DNA of 63,525 nt, the filler included. It is 4 parts of 4 records of this genome, joined end to end, with 100 filler letters (N's around TTAATTAATTAA, not from the genome) between each part and the next. Parts side by side here need not be neighbours in the genome. Positions count along the whole stretch, not along the records: positions 31,715 to 38,822 come from SRR31156797_11054; positions 38,923 to 57,879 come from SRR31156797_11058; 2 more parts are not named here. One strand, written 5' to 3'. Positions 37,133-46,890 of this stretch are shown piece by piece. A model generated the notes under the pieces. It saw only the letters and a list, made by a program, of their open reading frames with translations, was not told the origin of the DNA and made no database searches. Position 1 is the stretch's first letter. Each line of letters starts with the position of its first letter. The position numbers and the translations under genes were made by a program.

Positions 37133-38620
37133 ATGATGAAATGTTTAATCCTTGTTATTGACGATCAAATAAAAACCCGTAGAAAAAATTATGATCTTTT
37201 AGCAGGACAAATAAATCAAAGTGCGTCAAATATAGAAATAATAATGGATTATGTTAATCATCCTAATGAATTACCTACAAAAATATCAGAAAAATTTTCA
37301 GGTGCAATAGTTGATGCTGTTTTGGATGAGCACGATGATTGGAAAAATTTCAGTATTACGAAAGCCCTAAAAATTATTGGAGATAAGATTCCTGTAGCTC
37401 TATTGAGTACTCGTTGGGATAAAACAAATAGTGAGGAGTTAGATGAAGCATGGAAAAAACCTAATTGTAGAACATTTCTTCATTGGCGAGATATCGATCC
37501 TAACTTGAACGGTCAAATCGACTATGCTATCAGAGCTCTTTCAAAAATGATTGCAGACTATCAAAAAATCGATATTACTCAAAAAATAGGACCAAATGAC
37601 CCGATTAGAATTTTGCATATTTCAGACTTACATGCAGGAAAAGCTGGTGGGAATTTAAAACTTGATGCCTATCAATGTGCTGAGAATATTTTAGGAGATT
37701 GGGACGGCTCTCCACCTACGTTTGTTGCTTTTACAGGTGATATTGCTGAATATGCCTCTCCAAGTCAATATAAAATTGCCCGCGATTGGTTGGAATATTT
37801 TTTAGCAAGAGTCGGAATTCAAAATCTTCCATCGAATAATGTTTTGTATGTTCCAGGTAATCATGATGTGAATTTAAAATTAGCTGCCGCTGCTAGAATT
37901 AAATTAGATCTCGAGAATAAGATTATTAAAAAGCAAATGTCTTTATCTACTACTATACAACAAGAGGAACTCATATCCTATGCATATTCACCATTTAGAA
38001 AATTTTTGTATGAGATCTCAGATTGTCCTCTTTTAAATTCTAATCAAGAAAACAATAGTTTTGCATGGGTTGAATCGAGGTATCGTCATCTAGGAGTTCT
38101 GTTTTATGGGATTAATACAGCCCAACCTGCAAATGCATTTACGTTTCCTGATAGAAATGTTGAAGCTGATGCTCTTGCACAAATAGCTGTTGAATTGAAA
38201 GCAATTATTGCCAATTCGCAAGAGGATAGTAGCCCATTAATTATTGGTTTAGGACATCATTGCCCGGTTCCAGCCAGTGAAGACAGTGCAGTAACAAATC
38301 CTGAAATATTTGATAAAGTTTTTCGTGGAAGTTCAAAGACCGGTCTATTTTTACACGGACATGTTCACCAACATGATTTAATGTACCAAAGTAACGATGG
38401 TGTGAGACTCGTTAGGAGTTGTTCTTCAACATTAACAAAAACTTCAAAAAGCAGGCCACAAGATAGTTTGCGTGGATATAATTTGCTAAATATTAAAAGG
38501 CAAAATGGGGAAATCGAATCTTTAGAAGCATCAGCTTATGGCTGGATGGGAACCGAAATTAAAAAAATCAAAAAAAGTGAATGGAAATTCGAAAATGACG
38601 GTATGTTCAAAGAGTTATAA
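37133..38620 (+). CDS. Atypical receiver domain fused to calcineurin-like metallophosphoesterase
   Basis: GAGGGGG RBS before ATG 37133/37136; REC: ILVIDD, AIVD, IPVALLST; phosphoesterase: HISDLH, TGD, PGNHD, GHH, HGHVH. Confidence 0.85.
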   Translation: MMKCLILVIDDQIKTRRKNYDLLAGQINQSASNIEIIMDYVNHPNELPTKISEKFSGAIVDAVLDEHDDWKNFSITKALKIIGDKIPVALLSTRWDKTNSEELDEAWKKPNCRTFLHWRDIDPNLNGQIDYAIRALSKMIADYQKIDITQKIGPNDPIRILHISDLHAGKAGGNLKLDAYQCAENILGDWDGSPPTFVAFTGDIAEYASPSQYKIARDWLEYFLARVGIQNLPSNNVLYVPGNHDVNLKLAAAARIKLDLENKIIKKQMSLSTTIQQEELISYAYSPFRKFLYEISDCPLLNSNQENNSFAWVESRYRHLGVLFYGINTAQPANAFTFPDRNVEADALAQIAVELKAIIANSQEDSSPLIIGLGHHCPVPASEDSAVTNPEIFDKVFRGSSKTGLFLHGHVHQHDLMYQSNDGVRLVRSCSSTLTKTSKSRPQDSLRGYNLLNIKRQNGEIESLEASAYGWMGTEIKKIKKSEWKFENDGMFKEL

Positions 38621-38822
38621 AATGTTGCGATAAATTCCCATATAGGAAGTTCTGGGGAAATCATACTTAATTCAAACAATAAAGAGCTGCGGGCAGGCCG
38701 CAGATGTTGTTGTTGTTAAAAACGCCAATTCTCAGAAATTTTGAGGAATCGGAACCCCCACATTATGTCTATGATTGGAGACGAGTAAAAACTCTGAAAC
38801 GGCGACCACTACCAGATGAATG

Positions 38823-38922
38823 NNNNNNNNNNNNNNNNNNNNNNNNNNNNNNNNNNNNNNNNNNNNTTAATTAATTAANNNNNNNNNNNNNNNNNNNNNN
38901 NNNNNNNNNNNNNNNNNNNNNN
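38823..38922. other. Artificial contig linker
   Basis: 44 N + TTAATTAATTAA + 44 N. Confidence 0.97.
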
Positions 38923-39102
38923 GGCGGTGTAACCCAGTATGAAAACGGTCTGGTTACGGTTCCTGCAAATGGTATAAGCTCAATTGGAAATCCTGATATT
39001 ACCATGACAGTGACTCAGTATTCTCGCCCCTCAGATGCCTTAAGTCAAAACAACAGTGTGGCAGCAAAAGTGATAACTTTGCCTGCATTAATTGAACAGT
39101 AA
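38923..39102 (+). CDS. 3' end of a truncated gene (product unknown)
   Basis: Open frame from contig start: GGVTQYENGLVTVPANG...VITLPALIEQ*. Confidence 0.5.
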   Translation, partial: GGVTQYENGLVTVPANGISSIGNPDITMTVTQYSRPSDALSQNNSVAAKVITLPALIEQ

Positions 39103-39170
39103 CTGAAAAACGAGCCTGAAACAGATACGGGGGGGTGTTACAGGCTCGTTCTCAAGAAAATGTGATGTTT

Positions 39171-39956
39171 ATGAAAGCAAAAAACTATTTTTCCCGGTTG
39201 CATTTTATTTTGATGATTTTTTGTGTTTGCGTATACACATCCATGGTTTATGCCACACCCATGGAAAGTAAAAAATGGTTTTTTGAATTTAACAATTGCA
39301 CTCTTGTTGAGGCTTTCGATCGAATAAATCAAAGGACAGGCATACAAATATTTCTCAGCGAAGGTTTTGATCAGGCGGTTAGGATTAAAAAATCCTACCA
39401 TAATTCTTCTATAGAAAAAATAATTACAGATATCTTCAGCAAGAAAAGTTATGCCATTGTATGGAATTACGAGGATCATCAACTTTGCAGCATTGAAATA
39501 TCAATCATTGCTGATACCAACCGGAATGGAACAGGGCCGGCAAAGTCCATGAATAAAAAGCGCCTCAAAATAAGAAATGATACGCCGGGGAAAAAGAGGC
39601 TTGCATCAGCGTTTGATCAAAACGATCAACAGAAAAATGATGAGCCTGCTCAACCGATCGTCAAGACAAGCAGGGGCGACACTTTAAACGGTTCAAGACG
39701 TGCTGCTCCAGCCGAAGATGTAAAACAGGACAACGCCAGGAAACAAACAGTATCTGTCCGTTTAGCAGGGAAAAGACAAAATAGCGGAATCGGGGAGTCC
39801 TCGTGTGGTGACGCTGCAAGCAATTTTCCTCCGCCGCCTGTTCCGGGCAAGACTATCGACGCCGGTCAGGATGTATATCTTAATGTCCCACTGCCTGTGC
39901 CTGAAAAGTGGCAGGGACTGGAACCTCCGCCCATGCCTCCAGGATTTGATCAATAA
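39171..39956 (+). CDS. Exported protein with STN/secretin-N0-like domain and Pro-rich tail
   Basis: Signal peptide ..VYA; FNNCTLVEAFDRINQRTGIQIFL...SIEKIITDIF resembles STN; PPPPVP/PPPMPP tail. Confidence 0.5.
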   Translation: MKAKNYFSRLHFILMIFCVCVYTSMVYATPMESKKWFFEFNNCTLVEAFDRINQRTGIQIFLSEGFDQAVRIKKSYHNSSIEKIITDIFSKKSYAIVWNYEDHQLCSIEISIIADTNRNGTGPAKSMNKKRLKIRNDTPGKKRLASAFDQNDQQKNDEPAQPIVKTSRGDTLNGSRRAAPAEDVKQDNARKQTVSVRLAGKRQNSGIGESSCGDAASNFPPPPVPGKTIDAGQDVYLNVPLPVPEKWQGLEPPPMPPGFDQ

Positions 39957-39988
39957 AATGAAAAAAACAACCTATAAGGAGACTGTTC

Positions 39989-40798
39989 ATGTCCAGAAAA
40001 CTTTTTTTCACAATTGCCGTACTTCTTTTTATGCTGATACCGGTATCGGTCAATGCTGCGCCTCAAATTCCTGTCCGAATCGGAGGGATTATAACGATTG
40101 ATGGAATTCAGCTGACCCGCATGACAGATGCGGGGTATTCGTTTGTTGTGACCAGACAAAACGGTACATCCTTCTCTCCATATGCTGAAGACTCTGACGG
40201 ATTGAATAGTGCGAGTTTCTATCTGATTGATATACCGGTTTATGACGCTGACAATCAGCCCGAAGGTGCCAAACCCGGTAATACCGATGTCATTCATGTA
40301 TACAAAGATGGTAATGAGGTGGCCTTGACATCACCGCCAAATGGAGAATTCACTGTTGGCAACTGTGGGACAACAACCCAGATTGATCTTGTTATCGGAA
40401 AATTCATTCCTGCCAGAATCGAGGGAACAATAACTGTTGACGGAAAGTCTTTAACCCAGGCGACCGATACAGGGTATACTCTTGTTGTGACCAGGCGAGA
40501 TGGCACATCTTATGTACCATCCGCCGAGGACATGGATGGGGTAAATGGCTCGGATTCTTATCTGATTGATATCCCTCTTTACGATGCTGTCAACCAGCCC
40601 GAAGGGGCCAGACCCGGAAATATTGCGAAGATCCATGTATATAAGGATGGTCGTGAAATATCCTTAACAGCACCGGCAAATGGTGAATTTTCAATTGGAA
40701 GCAGCGGGTCGACAACCCAAATGGATATCGTTCTGCGAGGGGATGCCGTACAATCCGGCGGGGGCATACAATCCACTTTGTCCCTGCTGCTCGAATAA
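39989..40798 (+). CDS. Secreted protein with two tandem 113-aa repeats and C-terminal LSLLLE motif
   Basis: Signal peptide ..VNA; repeats begin at 40067 and 40406 (IPxRIxGxITxDG...YLIDIPxYDAxNQPEGAxPG...HVYKDG). Confidence 0.75.
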   Translation: MSRKLFFTIAVLLFMLIPVSVNAAPQIPVRIGGIITIDGIQLTRMTDAGYSFVVTRQNGTSFSPYAEDSDGLNSASFYLIDIPVYDADNQPEGAKPGNTDVIHVYKDGNEVALTSPPNGEFTVGNCGTTTQIDLVIGKFIPARIEGTITVDGKSLTQATDTGYTLVVTRRDGTSYVPSAEDMDGVNGSDSYLIDIPLYDAVNQPEGARPGNIAKIHVYKDGREISLTAPANGEFSIGSSGSTTQMDIVLRGDAVQSGGGIQSTLSLLLE

Positions 40799-40921
40799 AT
40801 CAGACCTTGAAGTTATTATCTCAGCCCAATAAAGTTCCTTTCATTTCGATGTGCTCCAAGCCAGGGGGCAGATGGAACCGGAATGCAGCATGGGCCATTT
40901 AAAATTGGTATAGGAGGAAAA

Positions 40922-43900
40922 ATGTATCATCCGTTCAGTATCTGTAGGCGAATGCTGCTGTTGGTTCTTTTGTTGCAGAGTCTTCAAATTACCTCTATTC
41001 CGGCTTTTGCAGGGTATATCGAGCCCGGGAACATAACATTTGGATTTTCAGAGATAACGAGTAATAGCGCTACCATTAATGCCGTAGTGAAATGTTACAG
41101 CAGTCCAACCCATATCAGAATTTATTATAGAAAGGTTGGTCAATACAGTACAGGGACGTCTCGCGCTCCAATTATTGGAGAAAATCGGGAAACGGTTCAC
41201 TACAACTTCCCGATCACTTCTTTGGAATGCGGCTGTGAATATGAAGTGGAGGTTGAGCTTTTTGATACCTATGGGTTTCACAAAAATACTAAAAAAGCCA
41301 CTTTCAAGACCCTTACCTGTGGTAATCCTTGTGTCGCTCCAACTGAAAAGCCGAATTTGACATCGGGCAAGCCTTGGCAGTATAACGTCGGGGAAGCAAT
41401 AATACCTCTTCGCTGGGATAATTGGGTGTTCGGATCTTCGGTGGAGGTTCAAGAGTTGCTATCGGGCTCATGGACTACAGTTATAGAATATGGCGGTGGG
41501 AATGGTAAAAATGTTTTCAAAAAATCAAATGGAACCTATACATATCGAGCCCGGTTCCGGAACAACTGTGGCTCTGGAAACTGGTCAGACACTGTTACCG
41601 TAACGGTTGATATTCTAGATGGTTGTAAAAGGCCAACCTTTGTCCCGGTTTTAACCAGTACGGCAGGTGCTCCCGATACCGATGGGCGTTATGCCATCAA
41701 CTGGACCTCGCAAAGCGGGTTGACATACGAACTGGAAGAGTCTTCCAATGGCGGATGGAATGTTGTTTTTTCCGGGAATGGATCTTCTGCGAGCTTCAAC
41801 AAAGGAAACGGCACTTATAAATACAGAATTAAAGCAATAAATGACTGTGGGGATGGACCGGTCAGCGAAGTGAAGACCGTGACGGTTCAAATACCAACCT
41901 GTTCTAAACCGTCGCATGTCAATCTCCAGGTGTCTTCCTCCTCCGATGGCATGATCCGTGGCACCTATTCCGGCGGGTCCGGAGCCGCGTATTTCAAGTT
42001 GTATGTCAATGGACGCTCCCAGGGCGTAATTTCCGGTGGCAAGTTTAATTATTCCCCACCCGGAAGCGGACAGTATCAGATCAAGGTGCGCGCTTATAAC
42101 AGCTGCGGATCCACAACATCCTACACCCGATTAATAACCGTGTGTAGGCCTGTGGGAACACCGGTTTTGACAGTTCCGGAAAAAAGCAGCACCGGTTCTT
42201 ACACCGTAAGCTGGAATCAAGTGCCCGGTGCCGATTCATACAACCTTTTTGAGAACGGTGTTCAGATCTATTCCGGAGCAAACGTGTCTTTCCAGGTTTC
42301 AAAAAGGGCATCCGGAACATATGAATACATGGTGCAGGCGGTCGGCTGTACGACCCAGGAATCCGCTATTGTAAAAATTGTCGTTGATACTGCCGAGGAA
42401 AAAGGCGTCATTACCGGTGTGTCGGGCGGTCTGGATATCGATGATGACGGTACGCCGGATAACTATTATCCTCAACCGCCTAATTTTACAAAAGGTTGGG
42501 TCTCTGAAGTTTCCGTGAAAAATACGGGGAGCAAGCCCGGGAGCTATACTGTTCAGTGTGTGGGATCTTCCCGTATTGTCAACGGGTGGGTGATCGGTGC
42601 CCAAGATGGTGGGGTGTCGGCTTTGCTTGATGACACCTATGATGGGGACAGCCTTAAGGATATTCCTCCCGGAGAGACTCGAACGGCAACCTTTTTGGTT
42701 CAATCGAAGAAGGGGGCTGTCACCCCTTTTACACCCAAATTCATTTTGAAATCCGTTGCTGTACTCGGACTGTGTCAGAAAGTTTGCGATACTGCCCAGC
42801 CGGAATTTACCACCGGCAGTTTGCCCGATGGTTCGCCAATGGTAAAGATAGAAGATGTTACCGGTGGACGCGGATCTGCAATTGGCAGATCGGGTAATAA
42901 GTATTTGTATTTTAACCAGGATAAAGAATACATCCTGGCCGTCAATATCAGGAACAATGGAACCGGTCTGGAAAACTATGATGTGATTATCGGGGAATCA
43001 GCCGGTTGGTCCTTTCAGGCGGTGCATGGGAGTGACAATCGTGCCTATGTTCGTAATCTCGGGGCTGGACAGACAGGAAAAGCGCTGTTTCGGTTAAAAT
43101 ATACCGGAGCGGAAGATTCCCGCAATAGCAAAGACGTTCTGTTATGGCCGCGGATCACGGTGCGTTATTCCTATCAAGCCAGTTGTGTTTTGGCAACGGC
43201 CGGAGGGGTGGCGTTTGTCGTCGATAAGACACCGTCCGCCCAGGTATATATTGCCGATGCCCCTGATGTTTGTCGAATTGGTGTTCCCGGGAAAGATAAC
43301 ACGTATACCCTGCAAGATATCGGTTTTGGCGCCATTGATAAACTTGGTGATGACATTGTGAATAAAGATTGTTTCAAATTTGACGTTGAAGTAAAGCCCA
43401 AGGGGGCTGGCGCTCTTGACTGGGTGTCGGTGATGGAAAATGAATCCGAAACTCTCATCGACCTTCCCTCTTTGAAAATCGGCGAACCATATATGCTTAG
43501 GGTTTCGGCCATAGATCCGGCTGGACTGGTTGCCAGCACGAGCACTGAACTGAATGTCATTCCCACTCTCAGCCATGATCCTAAGAACGACCTGGTCCCT
43601 CGACCGGGTAACGATCATCGCTTCGACATTTATGCGACCTACAGGGATTTGGACGGCGATCTTGCCGAAACCTCCTTTGGCAAGCCGATTCTTCTTGTGG
43701 TCAATGGGAATGAGCATGTCATGGCCCTGGAAGGCGGCGATCCGGTTCACGGTGCCCGTTACGCAGCCAAAGGGATCACCGTCACCACCGATGGTGCTTA
43801 TTTTTTCATTTATTCAGATAAACGAGGGGCACCCCTTCAGCGTTTTCCAGCATTGGATCGAAGGCCTTTAACCCGTCACAGTGGGCATGCTGTAAAGACC

Positions 43901-46486
43901 CATTGCTATTGGGGGGGGAGTGGCTATGATACTCGCATGCGCAATACCAATATCAGTATGTCCGTGAAGAAGATCGACAACGGTTCAATCGTTACCTTTA
44001 TTGGTCATGGGACGGTCTATGGCACTGAAAAGGAAGTACGGCAGGCATTGCTTGATATTAATGCGAACAGCTATTTTATTTTCCAGAACCTTAATAAATC
44101 GCGATTGGCGCTGCTTGGTTCGGACGGTGGAACCTTTAAAATATTCAACCTCAATACCGTCAGTGATGCACGGGCAACGGCCACAATTGAGCTGCAATTT
44201 CCAATCATCGATATTGCCGTTGAAGGAAATACCGCTTATGCTGTTTTGGATTCGGGTGAGATTGTTGCAATTGATGTGGCCGATCCCAATGCACCCAGGA
44301 AATTGGCAAGAATGTCCTTTCCCGATGCCGTTTGTGTTGCAGTCGAGGGCAATACCATGGTGGTCGCAACGGATAGCGGACTTGATCTGTATGATGTTTC
44401 TCAATCGGACATGCCCAAAAAAATCGGCACTGTTGAGGGGGTTGTCGCCGAGGAGCTTTGCATGGCAAACGGTCTGGTTTACGCAGCCCATAAGAATAGG
44501 TTGAGGGTTTTTGATATTTCTGATCCCCAAAGGCCTGCAAAGAATCCTAACCGTTACTTCCCCTGCGGTGTCGACAAGTTGTGGGTCGAAGGTGACCGAT
44601 TATTGACAAGTCTGAAAGATGGAACCGTGTATTCACTTGATCTTGCAACTCCCAATGCGTCAAGCTTATTGGACCCTTTGCCCACTGGTCCCGATGACCT
44701 CAAAATTGACGCCGTGGATCAATTGGTGTTGACCGATTCATTGATAACGATGCGTTCGAGTTCCGCGGTATGTTTTGGGTCTGTCAATACCGCCGGCAAC
44801 CTTAAAACGACTGAGCTTGTTTTGCCGGGCAGCATGGACAAGCCTTTTGCCCATGCTGTGGAAGGGGATACCCTTGCCCTGGTGACCCGAAACGACCAGG
44901 GGCTGACTCTTGGCATTTACCAGCTGGGCATGGGGGGCACCCAGGCATTGCTGTTGAAAACGTTATCCCTTGAAGGCAAGCAAGCGACCTGCGTGGCAAT
45001 GGGTGGGGGCGTTGTTTATGTGAGTCTTGGAAGTAAAATTTTACCGGTATTTACGGGGGGGGAAGATGCCTTACTGGCATTGCCGTCCATCATGCCATCG
45101 GCTCCTGTGAGGGCAATGGATATTCGTGGGACGCGATTGGTCGTTGTTGAGGATGGTGGCGAAGTTGAGGTCTTTGACATTTCCATGCCCGCTTTTGGTG
45201 GCGCCAAACTGGCCACAATCCATCTCCCAGGCGTACTTCATTCGGTTGCCGTATCTGGGGGCAGGGTGTTTGCCGGTGGAGAATCCGAATCGGGTGAAGG
45301 TAAAATCTGGAGGTTAAACCTGGAACAGGATTTAACCCTTGAAAAAACCGTTACTCTTCCGGCACCGGCAGAGGCTCTGCAGGTCTATGGCGGACTGCTG
45401 CTGGTGGCCGCTGGAAATAAAGGCTTGCTGGTTTTCGACCAGGAAGATTTTGAGGTCGCAGGATCCATGGACGTTCCAGGGTTTGCAAAAACCATTGGAA
45501 CTTACCAGGATATGATTTATGTCGGTTTGGGCAATGCCGGGTTGATTTCCATGAAATTGGAGGGGGCGCCCGTGGCAAAGGACGGGATGCTGACCACAAA
45601 TAAAGGTGTCGCAAAGACCGGAACACTGCGGGCCATGAATTTAGATGGCGGAGCACTGACTTTCATGGTTGTCCGAGAACCGAGCCATGGTACTGTCTCT
45701 CTGCTTGATCCTCGGCTGGGCACCTATCGCTATATACCGAATAGCGGTTATACCGGTGAGGACAGTTTTGCCTTCAAGGTCAATGATAGCAAAAAGGATT
45801 CAAATATTGCCCAGGTAAGTATCCGTATCGGATATCCAGGACTTGATACGGATAAGGATGGGGTTAACGATGATGCGGATCCTGATGATGACAATGATGG
45901 TGTTCCGGATATTGAGGATCTGTTTCCGTTGGATCCTGAAGAATTTGCTGATAATGATGGCGACGGCATTGGAGACAATGCTGATTGGGACGACGATAAT
46001 GATGGTATTTGGGATTCTGAGGATCCTTTTCCCAAGGGCAAGACGAACGATATCGAGGCTGTTCTCTCATTGCTCTTATTCTCTGGTACGAATCCATCGC
46101 CAGAACAGAATAATGCCAATTCCTATGGATTTAAAGTTACAAAAAATCCGCATCCTGAAAATGCAGACTGGGATCAAATCGTTAAAGATGAGTTCGGACA
46201 AAAATACAGGGTCGCGGACTGGAATGATTTTAAAGCGTTCTATCGTAACGGAGGATCCTTGTCTGAATTGCTGGACAAAATTGGTCTTGCCGGATATGGC
46301 GATTCTGGTGCTGTATATGTAAACGGATCAAAAAAATACAGCAGTTCAAGATGGTATTTTCTTTCGCGTCATAATCATCATGTGCCTGTTAACTACATGG
46401 TGCACCAGAATATTGATAATTACATGCTGAGCTTAGGTTCCTGGTCCGGTGAAAGAAAAATCATAGCGTATGAAGAGAGTTATTAG
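40922..46486 (+). CDS. Large secreted multidomain surface protein (FN3-like repeats, LVIVD-like propeller, Ig-like, TSP3 Ca-binding repeats)
   Basis: AGGAGG RBS; signal peptide ..AFA; YRxxAxNxCG repeats; IDVADP/YDVS/FDISDP; PSHGTV..YIPNSGYTGEDSF; DxDxDG repeats. Confidence 0.8.
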   Translation: MYHPFSICRRMLLLVLLLQSLQITSIPAFAGYIEPGNITFGFSEITSNSATINAVVKCYSSPTHIRIYYRKVGQYSTGTSRAPIIGENRETVHYNFPITSLECGCEYEVEVELFDTYGFHKNTKKATFKTLTCGNPCVAPTEKPNLTSGKPWQYNVGEAIIPLRWDNWVFGSSVEVQELLSGSWTTVIEYGGGNGKNVFKKSNGTYTYRARFRNNCGSGNWSDTVTVTVDILDGCKRPTFVPVLTSTAGAPDTDGRYAINWTSQSGLTYELEESSNGGWNVVFSGNGSSASFNKGNGTYKYRIKAINDCGDGPVSEVKTVTVQIPTCSKPSHVNLQVSSSSDGMIRGTYSGGSGAAYFKLYVNGRSQGVISGGKFNYSPPGSGQYQIKVRAYNSCGSTTSYTRLITVCRPVGTPVLTVPEKSSTGSYTVSWNQVPGADSYNLFENGVQIYSGANVSFQVSKRASGTYEYMVQAVGCTTQESAIVKIVVDTAEEKGVITGVSGGLDIDDDGTPDNYYPQPPNFTKGWVSEVSVKNTGSKPGSYTVQCVGSSRIVNGWVIGAQDGGVSALLDDTYDGDSLKDIPPGETRTATFLVQSKKGAVTPFTPKFILKSVAVLGLCQKVCDTAQPEFTTGSLPDGSPMVKIEDVTGGRGSAIGRSGNKYLYFNQDKEYILAVNIRNNGTGLENYDVIIGESAGWSFQAVHGSDNRAYVRNLGAGQTGKALFRLKYTGAEDSRNSKDVLLWPRITVRYSYQASCVLATAGGVAFVVDKTPSAQVYIADAPDVCRIGVPGKDNTYTLQDIGFGAIDKLGDDIVNKDCFKFDVEVKPKGAGALDWVSVMENESETLIDLPSLKIGEPYMLRVSAIDPAGLVASTSTELNVIPTLSHDPKNDLVPRPGNDHRFDIYATYRDLDGDLAETSFGKPILLVVNGNEHVMALEGGDPVHGARYAAKGITVTTDGAYFFIYSDKRGAPLQRFPALDRRPLTRHSGHAVKTHCYWGGSGYDTRMRNTNISMSVKKIDNGSIVTFIGHGTVYGTEKEVRQALLDINANSYFIFQNLNKSRLALLGSDGGTFKIFNLNTVSDARATATIELQFPIIDIAVEGNTAYAVLDSGEIVAIDVADPNAPRKLARMSFPDAVCVAVEGNTMVVATDSGLDLYDVSQSDMPKKIGTVEGVVAEELCMANGLVYAAHKNRLRVFDISDPQRPAKNPNRYFPCGVDKLWVEGDRLLTSLKDGTVYSLDLATPNASSLLDPLPTGPDDLKIDAVDQLVLTDSLITMRSSSAVCFGSVNTAGNLKTTELVLPGSMDKPFAHAVEGDTLALVTRNDQGLTLGIYQLGMGGTQALLLKTLSLEGKQATCVAMGGGVVYVSLGSKILPVFTGGEDALLALPSIMPSAPVRAMDIRGTRLVVVEDGGEVEVFDISMPAFGGAKLATIHLPGVLHSVAVSGGRVFAGGESESGEGKIWRLNLEQDLTLEKTVTLPAPAEALQVYGGLLLVAAGNKGLLVFDQEDFEVAGSMDVPGFAKTIGTYQDMIYVGLGNAGLISMKLEGAPVAKDGMLTTNKGVAKTGTLRAMNLDGGALTFMVVREPSHGTVSLLDPRLGTYRYIPNSGYTGEDSFAFKVNDSKKDSNIAQVSIRIGYPGLDTDKDGVNDDADPDDDNDGVPDIEDLFPLDPEEFADNDGDGIGDNADWDDDNDGIWDSEDPFPKGKTNDIEAVLSLLLFSGTNPSPEQNNANSYGFKVTKNPHPENADWDQIVKDEFGQKYRVADWNDFKAFYRNGGSLSELLDKIGLAGYGDSGAVYVNGSKKYSSSRWYFLSRHNHHVPVNYMVHQNIDNYMLSLGSWSGERKIIAYEESY

Positions 46487-46621
46487 TCTCTGGTTTTATT
46501 TTTTCGTATGATTTGTACCAGGAACGGAAATTTTTTTCTTGTATTTGTTTTTTCAATTTAATAGATAAAGGGTTTGTTGTGAAGATCGGTAGCCTGGTGG
46601 TTTTGAATGAAATGGTAATGA

Positions 46622-46670
46622 TGATAGCTGGTTAGGCCTCGTGTGGCAGCGTAATCCAGGGGGCGGAGCT
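46622..46670 (+). promoter_or_regulatory. JUMPStart/ops-like element in operon leader
   Basis: TGGCAGCGTAATCCAGGGGGCGGAGC resembles the JUMPStart core TGGTAGCTGTxAAGCCAGGGGCGGTAGC; upstream of glycan genes. Confidence 0.35.
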
Positions 46671-46890
46671 TTATTGGCGCCGGGTGGGGATTGTCAACAT
46701 GTTGATGTTTTATGGAAAAACATAGCATGACAATGATTTGTGTTGCAGGTATAGAAAGGCTTCTAACTTAAACAAAGCTTGAGCTGTCCGGCATTGTTGT
46801 GGGGAGTTGCGCTTTTTGAAGCTGTTTGATGCGGTTAAGAAGGCTGCTAATTCGAGCTGGTGTTTGAAATGTCAAACAATAAAGGAAAAT

